NCBI RefSeq assembly: GCF_018350175.1
Contig: NC_058368.1
Coordinates: forward strand, 41,790,001-41,854,000
Direction of reading: 5' to 3'
Origin: Felis catus
Lineage: Eukaryota
Length of the DNA stretch: 64,000 nucleotides
The notes below the pieces were generated by a model. It saw only the letters and a list, made by a program, of their open reading frames with translations. It was not told where the DNA came from and searched no databases. Numbering within the stretch: position 1 is the stretch's first letter; the number at the start of each line of letters is the position of its first letter. This document shows positions 1 through 14,069 of this stretch, in pieces. A program made the translations under genes and the position numbers.

Positions 1-765
1 TTATTCATTGTTCCAAAATATGTATTTATCGACTATCAAAGGAGAAAAATCTAAGAATACTACAATTTTGGTAGCTCTTAGAACTTGCTATAACTTCCTG
101 TTTATTAACCAGTTGAATATTTACACATAAGAGGACTAGTCTCAGGTTTTATGCTGTCATTCATAGTCAATACTAGTATGCAAGGTTAGGCATTTTAGAG
201 GTCTGGAAATGGAGAAAAGATTTTTAGGTCATTCAGTTCTGTGAACCTGCAGTTTGCTGCTGAATTAGGAAGATGACAAAAGTTCACCAGGCACATCACC
301 TTCAAGCCGTCAATATATGGCCTTTGCCTCTCCAGGGAAACCGTTCACAAAGAGACACTTAGAAGTTTTCCACTGTATAGGCAATCCCTACCTAATTGTT
401 TCACAGCAAGAATCCCAACAATCTGTACAGCAGATGTGACTACCTCACTTAACACTATCATAGGAAGAAAATAAGGGCAGAAGAGTCATATGCTCATGGT
501 AAAGACACAAAGAGAAACTGCTGCATGAGCACAGATAGCACACCTCTCTCTGGCCATCTGTTCCACCACGTGTGCCGCACATCACAAGAGGATGTGAAGA
601 GAGTGGACAGCTGAGCCAAAGTCACAAATAAGTTTTCCAGAGTGGCAAATGATGGCTTTCAACAGCAGGATGACACCAGAATGACACCGGAGTAGAAGAG
701 TTTTTATTGGTATTTCAAGGAATGTGCTGCCACTGTTGCTTAAAGGACCCCAAGGCTTTAAGTAT

Positions 766-807
<42 letters not shown>
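766..807 (+). repeat. (TAGA)n tetranucleotide microsatellite
   Basis: Uninterrupted TAGA units directly upstream of a SINE. Confidence 0.95.
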
Positions 808-808
<1 letters not shown>

Positions 809-818
809 ATTTTTTTAA

Positions 819-1020
819 GGGGCACCTGGGTGGTTCAGTTGGTTGTTGAACATCTGACTCTTGGTTTGCGATCGAGCCATGATCTCATGTGGGATCTGCA
901 CTGTCAGCCAGGATCCTGCTTGGACCTCTGTCTCTCTGTCTCTCTCTCTGCCTCTCCTTCTCTCTCTCTCTCTCTCAAAATAAATAAATAAACTCTAATA
1001 AAAATTAAAAAAAAATAAAT
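819..1020 (+). mobile_element. Can-SINE, older copy with an internal deletion over the B-box region
   Basis: GGGGCACCTGGGTGGTTCAG head, (CT)n tract, AAAATAAATAAA tail; lacks the GTGAGTTCGAGCCCC segment seen in the other copies. Confidence 0.9.
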
Positions 1021-1599
1021 TAGTGTCACGTTATCCTTTTCTGTCCACACCGCATTCTGCTGTCACTCTTGAGTGGCAGAGAGGGTGCAGAATTAATCTG
1101 TGACATAGGAATTCCACAGGGTGGCTTCTTGTCTAGGACACCCCTATGGGTGAAACGAAGGCTGGCGGGGGCTTGCTGTAGGGTGTCACGGGCCAATTTC
1201 ATGCTGACAAAGTTCTGAGACAAAGAAGTATGGTATCTATCCCGCAGGGTTACCCTGATTATTAGTGTTGACATCAGGCCAGAACTTGGCATAATATTTT
1301 AACACAGTTCAGGTGTTATATTAACTAATCTTTACTTCCAAAGCTCAAATGTAGGAAAAGAAAAATTCTTCTCCTGGCACACATAACTGGATGAATGAGT
1401 CTTTGGTGAATGATTACAAGGACAGAGTCATTTCGTTGATGTACAGGAGGTGGCCTTCAGAGGCAGGATTTGGGTGATAGGTTTGAGTAGGGGGGCTGCC
1501 ATAGGTCTTGGTGCAACTGGGATTCATCCCTGGGGATGAGAGGGCTGTGTGTAAGTGCAGAGCACAACCTAACCTTGCTGTGTTCCTTAGTAACCTCGC

Positions 1600-1695
1600 T
1601 GAGGAAGAGGAGGAAGAGGAGGAGGGAGAGGGGAAGGGGCAAAGGAGGAGAATAAAAAGGGAGGGGGAAGAAAAGGAAAAGGAGGAGAGGAAAAT
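1600..1695 (+). repeat. Purine-rich (GAG/GGA/AAG) low-complexity tract
   Basis: GAGGAAGAGGAGGAAGAGGAGGAGGGAGAGGGG...; accounts for the Glu-rich and Ser-rich ORFs here. Confidence 0.85.
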
Positions 1696-1975
1696 CTGCT
1701 TGGAGAAATGGAACACAGGGAGTTTAAAATCAAATTCGTGCATTATGTTTGTGCATGGATATATAAAGCTGATGAAGGCAATTAGCCTTCCAGAGTTATG
1801 TCTTTAAAAGGAGAAACTACTCTTGGCTGTTTCATAAGGGGTTCAGAATAGTTGGGAAAATGGCCTCTGCCCTAAAAACAAAGAATGAGCAAAACACAAA
1901 GATTAGATTGTTGTTTCCAAGGTAGAGAAAAAGATCAGTCAAAAAGGGTTACACTTAGAATATATATGGACCCAG

Positions 1976-2191
1976 GGGGTGCTTGACTGGCTCAGTTGGT
2001 TAAGCAACCAACTTCGGCTCAGGTCACGATCTCATGGTTTGTGAGTTCGAGCCCCACGTCAGGCTCTGTGCTGACAGCTCAGAGCCTGGAGCCTGCTTCG
2101 AGTTCTGTGTCTCCCTCCCTCTCTTTCTCCCCTTTCCCTGCTCATGTTCTGTCTCTATCTCTCAAAAATAAATAAAATTTTTTTAAAAAAA
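1976..2191 (+). mobile_element. Can-SINE (felid SINEC-type)
   Basis: Full body; target-site duplication AGAATATATATG(G/C)ACC(C/T)AG at 1957-1975 and 2192-2210. Confidence 0.95.
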
Positions 2192-3279
2192 AGAATATAT
2201 ATGCACCTAGTGAAATTAAAAGTCATCCAAATGCACAGTTGAGATCAGGGATTTATTTATATGTAGCATATAGAAAAAGTACGTAACTTCTTTCTAAACT
2301 GGCTCTTTAGTCATAAACAATTTAGAAGAAGCCATAAAGATTTTAATCCTGAGGAATACATTGGGTTTCATGAATTATATATATTAAGCAGCTTTCTAAT
2401 ACTGAGATAATAAGAATCACACTAGACAAAATGATAGCTCTATCTTTGGAAGTTCAAGGCAGAAACTTCAAAACTTTTGTTCATTCCAATATCCTCTGAG
2501 GATATTTCATATTATTTTCCTATTTCAGTGATTTCATTAAACTATACACTGAAACCACTGTAAGCAAGCTGAGAGACTTGGGAAACGATAAGACATAAGC
2601 AATACAAACCTCCATAGCGAACTGACATTGTAATAAGGACAGTAGATGGCACAGATTGCTGGGAGAAAAAGGATGGAGAAGGGATTGTGGTTGTTTTAAG
2701 GGAGAAAATCACATTTTCCACCATGGTCCATAAAATATGATATTATCTGTTTTCCTTTTTGTGACCCAAAAATGTAACCCTGATTCAAGTTGAGAAAAAA
2801 ATATTCATGTCAACCCTCAGTAAGAGAAATATAAAGTTGTGTTTCTATCAGTGTATACAGTGCTTGTGACAACATATAGTTCCCTCATCTCTATAGGTGT
2901 AAAAAATAAAACCCATTTTATTGCTTTGAGGAATTGATATTGAAATTATATTTTTTTAAATAGCAGTTATGATATTTCTCCTTCTGATGACGATTGCCCT
3001 GGCAATAGCCTCTCTCTTAGGGATAGTATTTTCATTCCTTAACTCAATCAGGTCTTTAAGTTTCTATTCTTCAAAAGAGAAACTTACATCTTATAATTTA
3101 TAAAGGATTAGAATCCATTTGGGAAACTCATGGGAAGAGCTTTTTTAGCATTCAATAGTAAAGAGAACATACAGGATAAATATCTGGAGCACCTATTTCT
3201 TTGTTTTACAGTGACATAAAATATTTGATGAAAATATGTGCCCTCAAATAATAAGAGAAAACCCAGGTATACGAAAACT

Positions 3280-3282
<3 letters not shown>

Positions 3283-3330
<48 letters not shown>
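3283..3330 (+). repeat. (TA)n microsatellite
   Basis: Pure TA run. Confidence 0.95.
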
Positions 3331-3332
<2 letters not shown>

Positions 3333-3579
3333 GAAATAACTTCTACAAAATTAAAAATAACTCAGGATGATTTCTTCTTGTCAGACTGTAAGTCTTGGTA
3401 CCGACGCAAAACAATGCCAAGTTTTCTTATGACTTAAGGCAGTTTCCTCTGAAAAAACAAAACACATGAAAAAAAGTCCTAAATCAGAAGTATAGCAAAA
3501 GGTTCTTAGGGAAGAGAAACATAAAGCGAGTCAATGAGGCCATTACATTCTAGGGTGCAAGTAAAGAAGCTAAAATTTT

Positions 3580-3801
3580 TTTTTTTAATTTTTTTTTCCA
3601 ACGTTTATTTATTTTTGGGACAGAGAGAGACAGAACATGAACGGGGGAGGGGCAGAGAGAGAGGGAGACACAGAATCGGAAACAGGCTCCAGGCTCCGAG
3701 CCATCAGCCCAGAGGCTGACGCGGGGCTCGAACTCCCGGACCGCGAGATCGTGACCTGGCTGAAGTCGGACGCTTAACCGACTGCGCCACCCAGGCGCCC
3801 C
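3580..3801 (-). mobile_element. Can-SINE, young subfamily (CpGs intact)
   Basis: Perfect 16-bp TSD AAGAAGCTAAAATTTT at 3564-3579 and 3802-3817; many undecayed CpGs. Confidence 0.97.
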
Positions 3802-5176
3802 AAGAAGCTAAAATTTTAAGCTAGATCTTGTCATGCGACTTGAATATGAAAAAATCTCTTGCTTCTTTCCTTTCCCCTTGAAAAAAAAATTTAAACTGTA
3901 CAAACCTCCCTGTAAGCATCTTATCTATTAGTAGTTTTAAAACTTTGAAACTCTCATCCAGACTGTACTTTAGAACTGCCGTAAATTAGACAGGAGTTTG
4001 TAAGTTGTCTCTAAATGGCTATAATTAAACCCTCACTTAGAGCTTTGCCATCTATACCAAGGGCAAACTCAATGTGATAAGGGGTGCGTACGAGTTGGAT
4101 TGTTAAAAGGAAAAGAGGAAAAAAGAAAGAAGAGCTGTGACTTGGTATAGATGCCTGTGGAAGGAGTATGGGTTAGGCACGCCAATAATTTCTCCTAAAA
4201 AGAAATTATTATATGAAGATCAAAAAGGGTAGGTGAATAGAGGAAACATATTACAACCTTTCCTTTAAAGCTGTGCTTAAAAATGAACTCTTAGCCAGGA
4301 AATCTACTAATTGTTAAACTTTTCATCTTCTAAATACACTGTGAAAACAAATGTACTTCTTGAAAATGACCCTAATTCAAATCCAAGGTATACCGGTAGG
4401 TCAAATTCTTTGAAGTGACTCTAATTAGCAAGAACAGGCCACCTAGCCCACGGGTAAGCAAAGCCATCTGATGAGAGCTAGAAATGGGGATGCTATTAAT
4501 GTCAAGGATGGCAGAATTGGCGGCTAATGACACAATACGGTTGCTAGGTGGAATGAAAAAAAATAAAAATAAAAAACAGAAAACCTCACTCTTTGAGACA
4601 AGAAGGGAATTACCAATTGCTCTTTCCCCAACTCCTAAAGAACTTAAAATATCAGTATATACATATGACATTGCTGCAGTTTCAATTATGACAGTGTTTC
4701 AATGATTTTTTTTGTGAATTTATTTACTTGGTCATTTAATAAACCACTCTTCGTTTCAGGAACAAAACTTTCCGGAGAAGAACTGAACACTTATGAGAAG
4801 CTGCTGTCCAAGGGTGAGGATTTGTGATTTTTTTTTTTATCACTAAAAGACACTCTCCAACTGTGATACAAGGATAATAAAATATCTTTAATTATTTCCG
4901 ATTTGAGGGAAAATGTACCTTACCTTTACAAAGCATAATATAGTTCACATTAAATGTTAGTAGGCATTACTTTGTCTGATCAAGGAGACTGTCACAGAAG
5001 AAGGAAGATTACAATATGAGCCTTTATCTGATGAGGCAAACCAGATACAAAGAACACAAAAAAATGGCATGGGTCTGTATCAGTGCTTCACCAATATATA
5101 AGCAGAAGGATCTTCTGACTCTTAGTTCATTGCGTTTCCCACATCCATAAGGTTGGTTTAAAAGTACTGTCATCCC

Positions 5177-5295
5177 AGGGCGCCTGAGTGACTGTTAAGT
5201 GTCCACTCTTGATTTCCGCTCAGGTCATGATCTCATGGTTTGGGAGCTTGGGCTCCACATTGGGCTCTGTGCTGACAGCACGAAGCCTGCTTGGG

Positions 5296-5374
<79 letters not shown>

Positions 5375-5415
5375 ATAAATAAATAAATAAACAAATAAAT
5401 AAATAAATAAATGTT
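5177..5415 (+). mobile_element. Can-SINE with expanded (CT)n and (AAAT)n tail
   Basis: GGGCGCCTGAGTG head, GCTCAGGTCATGATCTC core, CT tract, AAAT tail. Confidence 0.93.
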
Positions 5416-7164
5416 AAACAGATTAAACTGACTTTGCCAGGTGATAAAATTCTGTTCCATAATGAACTTAAAAACAAAACAAAACAAATAAACACACCAT
5501 ATCCCATTGCCTTTTTTCTAAAGAAATGTGAGCTCCTGGTGCTCATGTTTCATTTGAAATGCTCAGAAATATCTTATTTCCTCGGGGGAAGTGCAATGCC
5601 ATTTTCAAGGATGGCACACATCAAAGTCAATTTGCTAATTGGTTTTAGTTGTTTTCCAAGAACTATGATTGCTACCTAGTTATTCCAGCAGCCATTCTAA
5701 GGGAAGCGAGGCTGATCATTTGATACCCAGATTTCAGCAAAAATAACAATAATACAGTGTCACCATGATTTTCAATATAAAGAGACTAATATATACATCT
5801 TGTTTGCGCTAGTGATCCATTTATGACCTGATATCAGTCTTTTCACTCTCTAGGAATTTCTAACAACCACTAATTTTCCAAATTCTCATTTTCCGCATAT
5901 GCATCATTATGTGGAGATCAATAAATACAAACACTGCTAAAGGTTTCTAACTAAAAATAATTAAAACAAAATTTGTTTAGCAAGATGACCTTCTAACAGA
6001 GGGGTAATAACAGTAGAAAGATACAATGTTTCTACTGGTATATTGTTTATTTATATTAATTGCTTACAGGTGGTTAGTGGACATTATTAAATATGCTTGC
6101 TCCTTTTTCTTTAAATATCCTTGTGTTTCAGAAATTGGATTTCAAGCACAGAATCTAAACTAAGTCACTATTTTCAAGTAAAAATACCTCAGATCAGAGT
6201 ATAAATAACAGTATATATCACATATAAATGAACATTTTTTATGTGTACACTCGAGCTATGGATATTTTAATATTTGATGTTTAATGTATTTATACCCTTG
6301 CTTTGATTACTAGTTAAGCATCCTATCTTAAAAGTTCAAAAAAATCTAATGTTATTTGTGTGTATCTGTTGATTCTACAAAGAAAGAGAGTTGAGACATG
6401 TTTAGGTAAGAAAACATGAAGAATATTTACACCGGTTTTCAGAAAAGATAAAAAATAAATAAAATATAAATGAAATGAAATATACTGTGTAATTTTTTCT
6501 CATGCCTACCGCCACCCTGCCCATCCCCTCCCATCTCCCCACCCAATAGAACGGTGCTTCAAAAAAACACTAGTCCAACTGTTGACTCAGCATAGAATCA
6601 CTCCTTGTCTCCCATTCCAGTCCCACAAATTAACCAGAAGTGTTTCAGACTATCTAAATGAGGTATTGATGATGTCATGGAAGTGATTAATCAGGCTTAC
6701 GATGATATGATCACCACCTTCTCAGAGCTTTTGTCTTCTTTTTCATTACCCTTCCTTATAATTGAAATGTATAGCTTAGGGTAAAAGGTTATGGATTTTT
6801 AGAGGATTCTTAACAGTAAGATTATAAGAGGGTAGTCATTATAATAAGAGTAAAATGGGTTCAGTTACATTTAAATTCTAACAATGGTTTCAAATATTAC
6901 CTGTCTGCTAGGGTTTAACAGAAAAAAAATCAAGTTTTAGAACTCTGGGGAATAATATGTCAATCTTGGGAAAAAGCCTGGAATGTGAAAGTCTTTGGTG
7001 GACAGGCACTTAAATGTGTTTAATGTAGCAAATGAAAGACGGTTACAACTGTATTTTCTATTTTGTTCTAAGAAACATGTCTGACAAAGAAAGGAAAGAA
7101 AAGGTATCTTTAACTAGAGTCAAAGATGTTGGTAATAAATCAGTTTAATGGCTCATAAGATTCT

Positions 7165-7168
<4 letters not shown>

Positions 7169-7212
<44 letters not shown>
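7169..7212 (+). repeat. (TA)n microsatellite
   Basis: Pure TA run. Confidence 0.95.
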
Positions 7213-7215
<3 letters not shown>

Positions 7216-8271
7216 AATTATATATATTTTGCAACAATGTTGTACATTATCCATTAGTCTAAAACAGCACAGTGTCTGTACTGTTCAGGAATAATACTAG
7301 GCCAGTATACATTTTCCTCTTAACATTATTACTTATTATCATTTAATGAAACTGACATTAATTCTTCCCTCTCAATAGAAAATCTGGTGAAATGTATTCC
7401 CTTCTCCATTACTACAGGTTGATTTTTTGTTTTATTTTTTGAAAGTCAAATATTGTCTCTACCTTCTTTGTTCCCGTTCCACTCCACCCCATGAAGTCCC
7501 TGACGGACATATAATGAATATGCTTTAGGTTTTTATTTGGGGAGGAGGGGTGAAATGATGAAATTTTAGTTGGATAAATGTCTTAATACCACCAGAGAAC
7601 AAAGGAAGTGCTTACCAAATGTAACTTGAAAACATAATGATTTATTTCATTGTACTCACGCAGTATAGTCTTACTCATAGTAGTAAAACTATTTTTATTT
7701 TTCAGTCAGATTAATCCATTATAAATAATTATAATATGGCCCCCACTTTGCAAATGGGTTCCAAAAGTTATGGTGACATAGAAATATGCTAGCAGTGATT
7801 GGTAGAAGTGGAGGACTAGTTAATTCTAACTTCAAGACAAAATTGAGTAGCCTCCAGCACCAGCATGCACGTGTTACATGGCAACACTATCTATCAATAT
7901 TAACATTAATTTATTGGAAACAAAACACCAAACAGAGATCTGTCAAATAGACCAAGGTATTAAGCTATATCACTGAACATCAGCTTTGCCACATGATGTC
8001 AGTTTCTCTGTCTCTCACCTCATGCCGCAATGTCAAGATAGTTACATTTTCATTTTTAATAATTCTTGAATGTTTTACTTTCCACAAGAAAATCATAACT
8101 TGTCAATTTAATGGTACCCTGAGACACAAAACTCAATTCTGTAATTAATACTCAGTATTGAAATAACCACTTATCATTCTGTACTCTAAAGATAAGACAC
8201 TGTTTTGGAGAAAAGTTCTTCAGGGATATACTTCTTTAAAAAACAAACAAACAGACAAACAAACAAACAAC

Positions 8272-8490
8272 GGGCGCCTAGGTGGCTCAATTGCTTAAGC
8301 GCCCAACTCTTGATTTCGGCTCAGGCCATGATCTCAGGGTTTGTGGATTTGAGCCCTGCATAGAGCTTTGCACCAACAGTGCAGAGCCTGCTTGGTACTC
8401 TCTCTCTCTCTGCCCCTTCCTGCTCTTTCTCTCTCCATCTCTCAAAAATAAATGAATAAATATTTTTTAAAAATTAAAATTAAAAAAGAT
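8272..8490 (+). mobile_element. Can-SINE
   Basis: GGGCGCCTAGGTGGCTCAA head, CT tract, A-rich tail; preceded by (AAAC)n. Confidence 0.93.
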
Positions 8491-8689
8491 AAACAAGCAA
8501 AAAAACCCTCAGATACAAAGCATTATTTTACCTTATTTTTTCCCTCCTGACCATACACTTAGCAATTACAAAACTTTCTTCTCCAGCCAACCAATTAAGC
8601 AACAAAAGTCCCCACCTTTTGATTGATTTCTACTTATCTTTCAAATGGATCTCAAAAGTTATTTCTAGTGTGAAATTTCCCATGAAATT

Positions 8690-8880
8690 ACAAAGAGCTT
8701 GCTGCTTCCTCTTCTGATCTCCCTGGGCAGGTTTACTGACAAAAACTCTTTTTCTGCAATTATTACTCTGATTTTCACCAGAAGGTTCTAACATGCAGCC
8801 TTCTCCATTTGTGTCTGTCTCCAGAGCCTACTATGTGCATGGTGCATGGCTGTACCAATTATTTGATGAATAAATAATTA
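8690..8880 (+). mobile_element. Probable L2 3' end fragment
   Basis: CTCCAGAGCCTACTATGTGCATGGTGCATGG...TATTTGATGAATAAAT resembles the L2 3' terminus. Confidence 0.45.
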
Positions 8881-9489
8881 AAGGCATTAAATATATATAA
8901 ATAGGGTTCTTTCCCTGAAGCTGATATTGGTCAGTTTTTAAAAGTCAGTTTGCTATTATCTGGATGCCAATCAAATCCCCTGGAATATGTATCTAAGGAG
9001 AGGGTGATGATTGTAAACATATTTTCAAAAAGCCTCCTATCAGAGACTATCATTAATTTATAGTTGCCTCAATTTTTATCCACGACCACTCAATGTAAAG
9101 ATATATTTCTTTTAAATAATTGTGCTTGCTAACAGAATGAACTCTTCTAGACTAAAAGGAATGGTAGATATATCATTTATATTTATGAAACTCTGAGATG
9201 TATGACTATATTTATACTCATAAGAATTATACTCCCTACTCACTGGAAATGGAATTAGTCTATACTGGGTAATGATTTCACCTTCAGAGAACTGATTTTA
9301 GCTTTTTCATTAATAGATTAATATAGATTTCACAGTGACTGTTACCAAGGTTCAAAGGTAGTCAGTGTGGTATTTATGATTTTATCAAGTTTTTTTCCTT
9401 CTACTTCCTACTACAACCACTTTGTAGGGTTTTTCAGTAATATTTAACCGGTTCTATGTGGAGGTTTTGAAGATTTGAGGGTTTGACTT

Positions 9490-9713
9490 CTTTTTTAATT
9501 TTTTTTTAAACATTTATTTGTTTTTGAGAGACAGGGAGAGACAGAGCATGAGCAGGGGAGGGGCAGAGAGAGAGGAGACACAGAGTCTGAAGCAGGCTCC
9601 AGGCTCTGAGCTGTCACCACAGAGCCCGATGGTGGGGCTCAAAATCACTGACCACGAGATCATGACCTGAGCTGAAGTCAGACGCTTAGCCGACTGAGGC
9701 ACCCAGGTGCCCC
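9490..9713 (-). mobile_element. Can-SINE
   Basis: Reverse-complement body ending ...ACCCAGGTGCCCC; diverged TSD TGAGGGTTTGACTT / TGAAGGCTTTACTT. Confidence 0.95.
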
Positions 9714-11113
9714 TGAAGGCTTTACTTTGGACTGTGAGATTGTTTACTGTTAGCAAGTTTTTTTTTTTAAGAATTAAAAGAAAATTTTCATGCCTTTTAT
9801 CCAAGTGTTGTGATTTAATATTCACAAAAATTAGTTAAAAGTAATTTTAAATGTTAATTGTAATCTGAGGGCAGACACTTCCATTTTATATGCTACTGTT
9901 GTTCATGCTGTTGAATATCACAAACACTTGTTTCAAAATCCTGCTAACCAACATATATTTTCACAAACATGTGATCATGCAAGTCTCTTGGAAAAACAGC
10001 CCATCTTCATAAATATGTAATGATGTAGCTTCTCAGAGTAAAGTCTACATATACATTCAGATCACATTTCCAAGAAACGAAATTAGTAACAACCAATATA
10101 ATTATTCTGAATATGACTTATTTTATCATGTCTTATATTATTCTAAAATAGATAACAGTCCTCAATTTTCCTTTAAATTGTGTGCTCAATCTCATTTTGT
10201 CTGTCCATGTGTTTTCATGTTTCTTCACACTCTCAGAACATGCATTTGTAAAATCATTGTAGTAACATAAAATCATGCAAGAAGGAAACTCTCCTTATTT
10301 TATGAATAAAGTCATTGGATTAAGAAGTTAGCCACTTCAAATTTTACCATCTAATCTTTATCTAGATAATGTGTTTAAAGTATCATCCCAGGGCCCCGTT
10401 ACCAACTTCTATTCCCCAACATTTAGCTTCTTCCTGTTTCTCAAACTCTTTTTCAAAATGGTTGAAACCAGTGTGGAAGGTCACTAAAGAAATATGACCT
10501 TTTTCTTTCTTGTATGCACACAGGAATTGGTTCATGAAAACTGATTTCTAAAAACACATGAACAAATATGTTCTGCCATTATACATAAGTCAAGTTCTGA
10601 GTCAAGGGTTGAGGATGACCATTTGAAATGATAACAATTCTCAAAAACTGTTAAATTTTCTAGGACCTTCAAAGAATTTGAACCAAATGGCTTTGAGACT
10701 TAAACAAAAATTCTGATGGTATATAAATTCATTTCAACAGCATCTCCCCTGTATATTAAAACAGGGTCCAAAAGAGGCTTAAAAACTTGATGTTTATGCT
10801 CTCAGGTGGTTCAAAGTTAGCTGGAAAAGAGATTTCAATTCCCTTGACTAGTTAGAGGGGACTAAATGTAATGTCAGATAAGCAGAGCCATATTGATTTG
10901 TTTTTGCTTCCTAGAAGCTAATCTTCCAGTTTCATGCAGACTCAAAAATGTAGTCAATGACTTTATCCATGAAAGTTCTTTCCAGATAGTGATCTTTACC
11001 TCAACTAAAAAACATTTTATAAGGCTTGCATAGCATTTTATACAGATATATGTGTCTATTTTAATGAAAATGCTATCACCTTTCTGTTGTCTTTGCTGTA
11101 AGAAAATGCTGCC

Positions 11114-11151
11114 ACACACACACGTGCACACACACACACACACACACACAC
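11114..11151 (+). repeat. (CA)n microsatellite, interrupted
   Basis: CA run with a GTG interruption. Confidence 0.9.
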
Positions 11152-11459
11152 GCTTTGTTTTCGTAGTCACATATTTTTCATAACGAGAAAGAGGGAGAGA
11201 AAGAGAGAGAGAGAAAGAAACAGGGACAAAGATATAGAGAGACAACATTTAGGCATATGACTACAACTAAAAATGATTGTTAGACAATTTTCCATTGAAA
11301 AAAATCTTCATTGATAAACAATGTCTAAAATACACACATCTATGTTACAAAATGCTGATTCCAGAAAGAATGCATTTCCCCAATGATATGAGTTAATCCC
11401 TACTTCCCTTAAACTGTGGACAAATGGCAAGCATGGTAGGCCAAGTCTCTGTGATTTTT

Positions 11460-11669
11460 TTTTTAACGTTTTTATTTATTTTTGAGACAGAGAGAGACAG
11501 AGCATGAACGGGGGAGGGTCAGAGAGAGAGGGAGACACAGAATCTGAAACAGGCTCCAGGCTCTGAGCTGTCAGCACAGAGCCCAACGCGGGGCTCGAAC
11601 TCACGGACCGCGAGATCATGACCTGAGCCGAAGTTGGACGCTTAACCGACTGAGCCACCCAGGCGCCCC
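11460..11669 (-). mobile_element. Can-SINE, relatively young
   Basis: Perfect 17-bp TSD AAGTCTCTGTGATTTTT at 11443-11459 and 11670-11686. Confidence 0.97.
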
Positions 11670-13390
11670 AAGTCTCTGTGATTTTTGATATGAGAATCAA
11701 TCAGGGCCACTGATCTAGCTTACACTCCTCCATCTCGTTTTTACTCTGACCCAAAAATAGAAGTCACCCTGTGACTTATGATTAGATCACATCCTCTAGT
11801 AGATTCCCTGAATAAACAATAATTCCTGGGGAGAGAGCAGCCAGAAACAAATGGGATACCTGGTAGTTGCCTAAAACTTTGGACAAGATCATCCCACCCA
11901 CAACACTGCTTCCTATACTATGATTTTTATCGTATAGCACCCACTGTCCCATGCCAGGAAATGGATGGAATCTACATGATGAGCATAGAAATTGTTATCA
12001 TGGAGGAATGGAACTAGCTTCCAAGGTCATCAACCTTTCACACTTCCATTTATCTTATACCGAGGGCTGTCTTTTCATTGTTTTTCTTTTCAAAGCTTCC
12101 CATATTCTTACTTAAATCAGTATTTGTCTCTATTAAGTGGAGAGTGAGGAGCACCAAGGTATTTTTCCTAAGTCTGTGCCCTCTATCCCAATCCAGCATG
12201 CTATTATCACGAAAAAATCAAATGTGGAAACAACAACAGTTTTTAGTTTGCAGTTCTTCGAGAAAATAAACTCAAATGGCATCTTTATGTTTTACTAACA
12301 TAGTCATTGTAAAGCAGTGTATAATATGTTAGATTATCAGCATCATTCCTTACTTTAACACTAATCCATAATTCATGCATTATTTTTTATCTTGTTTCAG
12401 TAGAATGTTGTAATAGAAAATAAACTGTCATCAGTAAAATGTCAAAAAAAATAATATCCAATAACAACCAACAATTTTTTGAACGAGAATTGTTCTACAG
12501 TAAGTGATCAGAACCTATTTAAGATTTTAGGTCCTGCATATGTACTGTCTGCTGACAAGCTATGCAATTATAAATGTATTCTTCATGTCAATGTCTTGAA
12601 AGTTCCTAATGAAAATTGTACAATGTAACTAGGAGGTTCCAAATACTGTTAAACTCTACAAATTCTCTGTTTTATCATTTTCTTCAGTGAACAGGTACAT
12701 TTTTAAGGCACCCAAGTGTCAACAAGTGTATCTAATAGAGCCTTGAGCTTCAGTGATTTCATAAAAGAGGAACTTGCCAACGAATTTAGGAAACTCACAT
12801 TATATATTCAGGTTAGATTCACAAATCCAATGTTGCATGGCAAGAAGTCTATGCTCATTTCTTGGTATCATGAATTGCAATTTTTCCCCCAATTCAGAGA
12901 ACCAAACCTAAACCTTCATAAATGAATGAACAACTCAAAGGTAGCTCAGACTGTAGGAGTCTTAGAGAAGGAATTTATCATGTATTCAGTTTAAAGGGTT
13001 CAGTTTATGACAGCCATGAAAACAATCTATGTCCAATCTATCCTGATATGGAATCAAGTCACCCAAAATAAATCTTATAGATAATTTATAGTAAAAATAC
13101 ACCTCAACCTCTTCATATATACATATAGTATATATACACAAACACATACACTCTCACATAGATGTGTGTATGTAAGCTTTTCTTTTTAATTTACACGGTA
13201 ATTTTTGTTAAGAGAAAACAATATATTAAGTGACACACTTGCAAACTTCTTAAAATCTACTGCTATATGAAGCTAGGAATTAGAGACAAGTTTTGAATCA
13301 TCGGAAACAGGGAAATATGCCTTGCTAGTTTGTATAATCTCAGTACTACATGACATACAGTGTGTATCAAATATAAATTTGACAAATGAA

Positions 13391-13412
13391 AATGAATGAA
13401 TGAATGAATGAA

Positions 13413-13455
<43 letters not shown>

Positions 13456-13456
13456 A
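13391..13456 (+). repeat. Compound (AATG)n(AATA)n microsatellite
   Basis: Directly visible; flanked by near-identical 25-bp direct repeats. Confidence 0.93.
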
Positions 13457-13860
13457 TTTGTCAAATGAAACTGAATTGAAATACTAAAATCAGGAACTCA
13501 ATGGAAAAAACATGTATGTTTTTCCAAGGTTAACAAAATTATTTCAGCCAATAATTTGAGGAAATAACTTACGAAGCCAATTAAGACATAAATCTTAGAT
13601 AGGAGTATTAAATATATATATTTTACTGATAGATGAAATACAATGCAAAAGGATTATAATTCACGACATTTTCAAAAATACTTAGGTATCTCTACCATTT
13701 AAAAAATTTATGGTCAGATATATAATTCAGGTTAAATATTTTATAATAAATCCAAAACACATTTTATTCTCTCACAACACATTTTTTCGTTCCTTAAGTT
13801 GTTCCTCTCAGTCTGTGTGCAGTGCAATTTTCTGTTGTTCTTTGCATGTAAAACAGAGTT

Positions 13861-14022
13861 GGGGCGCCTGGGTGGCTCAGTCAGCTAAGTGTCCGACTGG
13901 CTCAGGTCATTATCTCATAGTTGATTTTGAGCCTCACATTGGGCCTTGCATTGACAGCTCAGCGCCTGGAGCCTGCTTTGGAGTCTGTGTCTCCTTCTCT
14001 CCCTGTCCCTCCCCACTCACAC

Positions 14023-14069
<47 letters not shown>

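Noticed and set aside
1026..1292. CpG-containing 88-aa - strand ORF with a plausible acceptor near 1217
   Set aside because: No recognisable homology; composition suggests old LTR-derived sequence
1414..1807. Glu/Lys-rich and Ser-rich overlapping ORFs
   Set aside because: Produced by a purine-rich low-complexity tract
10371..10397. GTTTAAAGTATCATCCCAGGG resembles 5156-5180 upstream of a SINE
   Set aside because: Short and gapped with no further extension; compatible with chance
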